Origin: a virus
Lineage: Duplodnaviria; Caudoviricetes
IMG/VR virus record: IMGVR_UViG_3300028571_002227
Location: 1-57,879 of that record
DNA: 57,879 bases
Strand: one strand, 5' to 3'
Shown here: positions 57,566 through 57,879 of the stretch, in pieces
Position numbering within the stretch: the stretch's first letter is position 1
How the letters are laid out: every line of letters begins with the position of its first letter
The notes under the pieces: generated by a model
What the model was told of the DNA's origin: nothing
Seen by the model: the letters and a program-made list of their open reading frames with translations, nothing else
Databases searched by the model: none
Made by a program: the position numbers and the translations under genes

Positions 57566-57723
57566 TGCACACCTAAAAATTTATAACACTACCTATTTAT
57601 ATTATGTATTTTCGTGCGAAAAAATTGCCCTATTAACAAAAATATGCAAAAAAATAATGCGAATTTTTTTGTCAACTTGTTTCCATTAATTTGGCAAAAA
57701 AATGATTAGAAGTATTAAATCTT

Positions 57724-57780
57724 CGTCCGTTTCAGATTAGACTATCTGATATATCAAATCAAACCATGTGATAATTTACA
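57724..57780 (-). repeat. Right end (attR-like), terminating in CA
   Basis: Reverse complement matches 111-163; CAAATCAAACCATG (57755-57768) is the exact reverse complement of 265-278. Confidence 0.75.
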
Positions 57781-57825
57781 CTGATATAATCTTATTAAGG
57801 TACTTAAGTAGGAATAAAAGTATAA

Positions 57826-57879
57826 ATGGCGATTTCTTGGAGTGATGAATTAAAAACAGAAATTGTTGTTATTGATGAA
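57826..57879 (+). CDS. Probable bacteriohemerythrin, 5' end only (host flank)
   Basis: MAISWSDELKTEIVVIDE resembles the W.D.L..G...IDEQH start of hemerythrins. Confidence 0.55.
   Translation, partial: MAISWSDELKTEIVVIDE

Larger units (their letters stand above)
111..57780. mobile_element. Composite Mu-like transposable element: prophage plus cargo, bounded by TG...CA inverted ends
   Basis: Left end TGTATTTTATCA...CAGATAGTTTAATCTCAAACGGACG matches the reverse complement of the right end TGTAAATTATCA...CAGATAGTCTAATCTGAAACGGACG (23/25 in the inner block); no 5-bp target duplication seen. Confidence 0.7.

Noticed and set aside
106-57785. 5-bp target-site duplication at the element ends
   Set aside because: Left flank ATATT differs from right flank CTGAT; the alternative left TG at 123 gives TATCA, also no match

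Overview
Low-GC bacterial window; the host-type genes suggest a Melainabacteria/Vampirovibrionia-like organism, which is inference only. It is almost entirely occupied by one ~57.7-kb unit (111..57780) with matching TG...CA ends and repeated 20-bp transposase-binding-like motifs. The unit sits just behind a tRNA-Leu(CAA) terminator and ahead of a probable hemerythrin gene. The left ~37.5 kb is a near-complete Mu-like myovirus prophage with several unusual features. (1) It carries two complete, divergent MuA/MuB transposition modules and no visible repressor. (2) The first module has a third gene that looks like a winged HTH fused to a catalytically stripped IS1595/IS1016-type transposase, a candidate target selector. 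(3) A type II hammerhead ribozyme lies directly upstream of mor. (4) An accessory region is built on repeated intergenic scaffolds. (5) Head and tail operons diverge from a perfect 21-bp inverted repeat. (6) The C5 methyltransferase has an overlapping out-of-frame beta subunit. At the phage/cargo border, a small tyrosine recombinase is followed by three core sites (shared GGTTTA spacer, one inverted) that define a probable invertible promoter switch. This lies in front of an ~11-kb surface-glycan modification operon, which also has a G9 contingency tract. The right part holds an MsbA-like transporter, relics of a second related element and a small defence island (FRG, Shedu). All family assignments come from motif recognition, not database searches.
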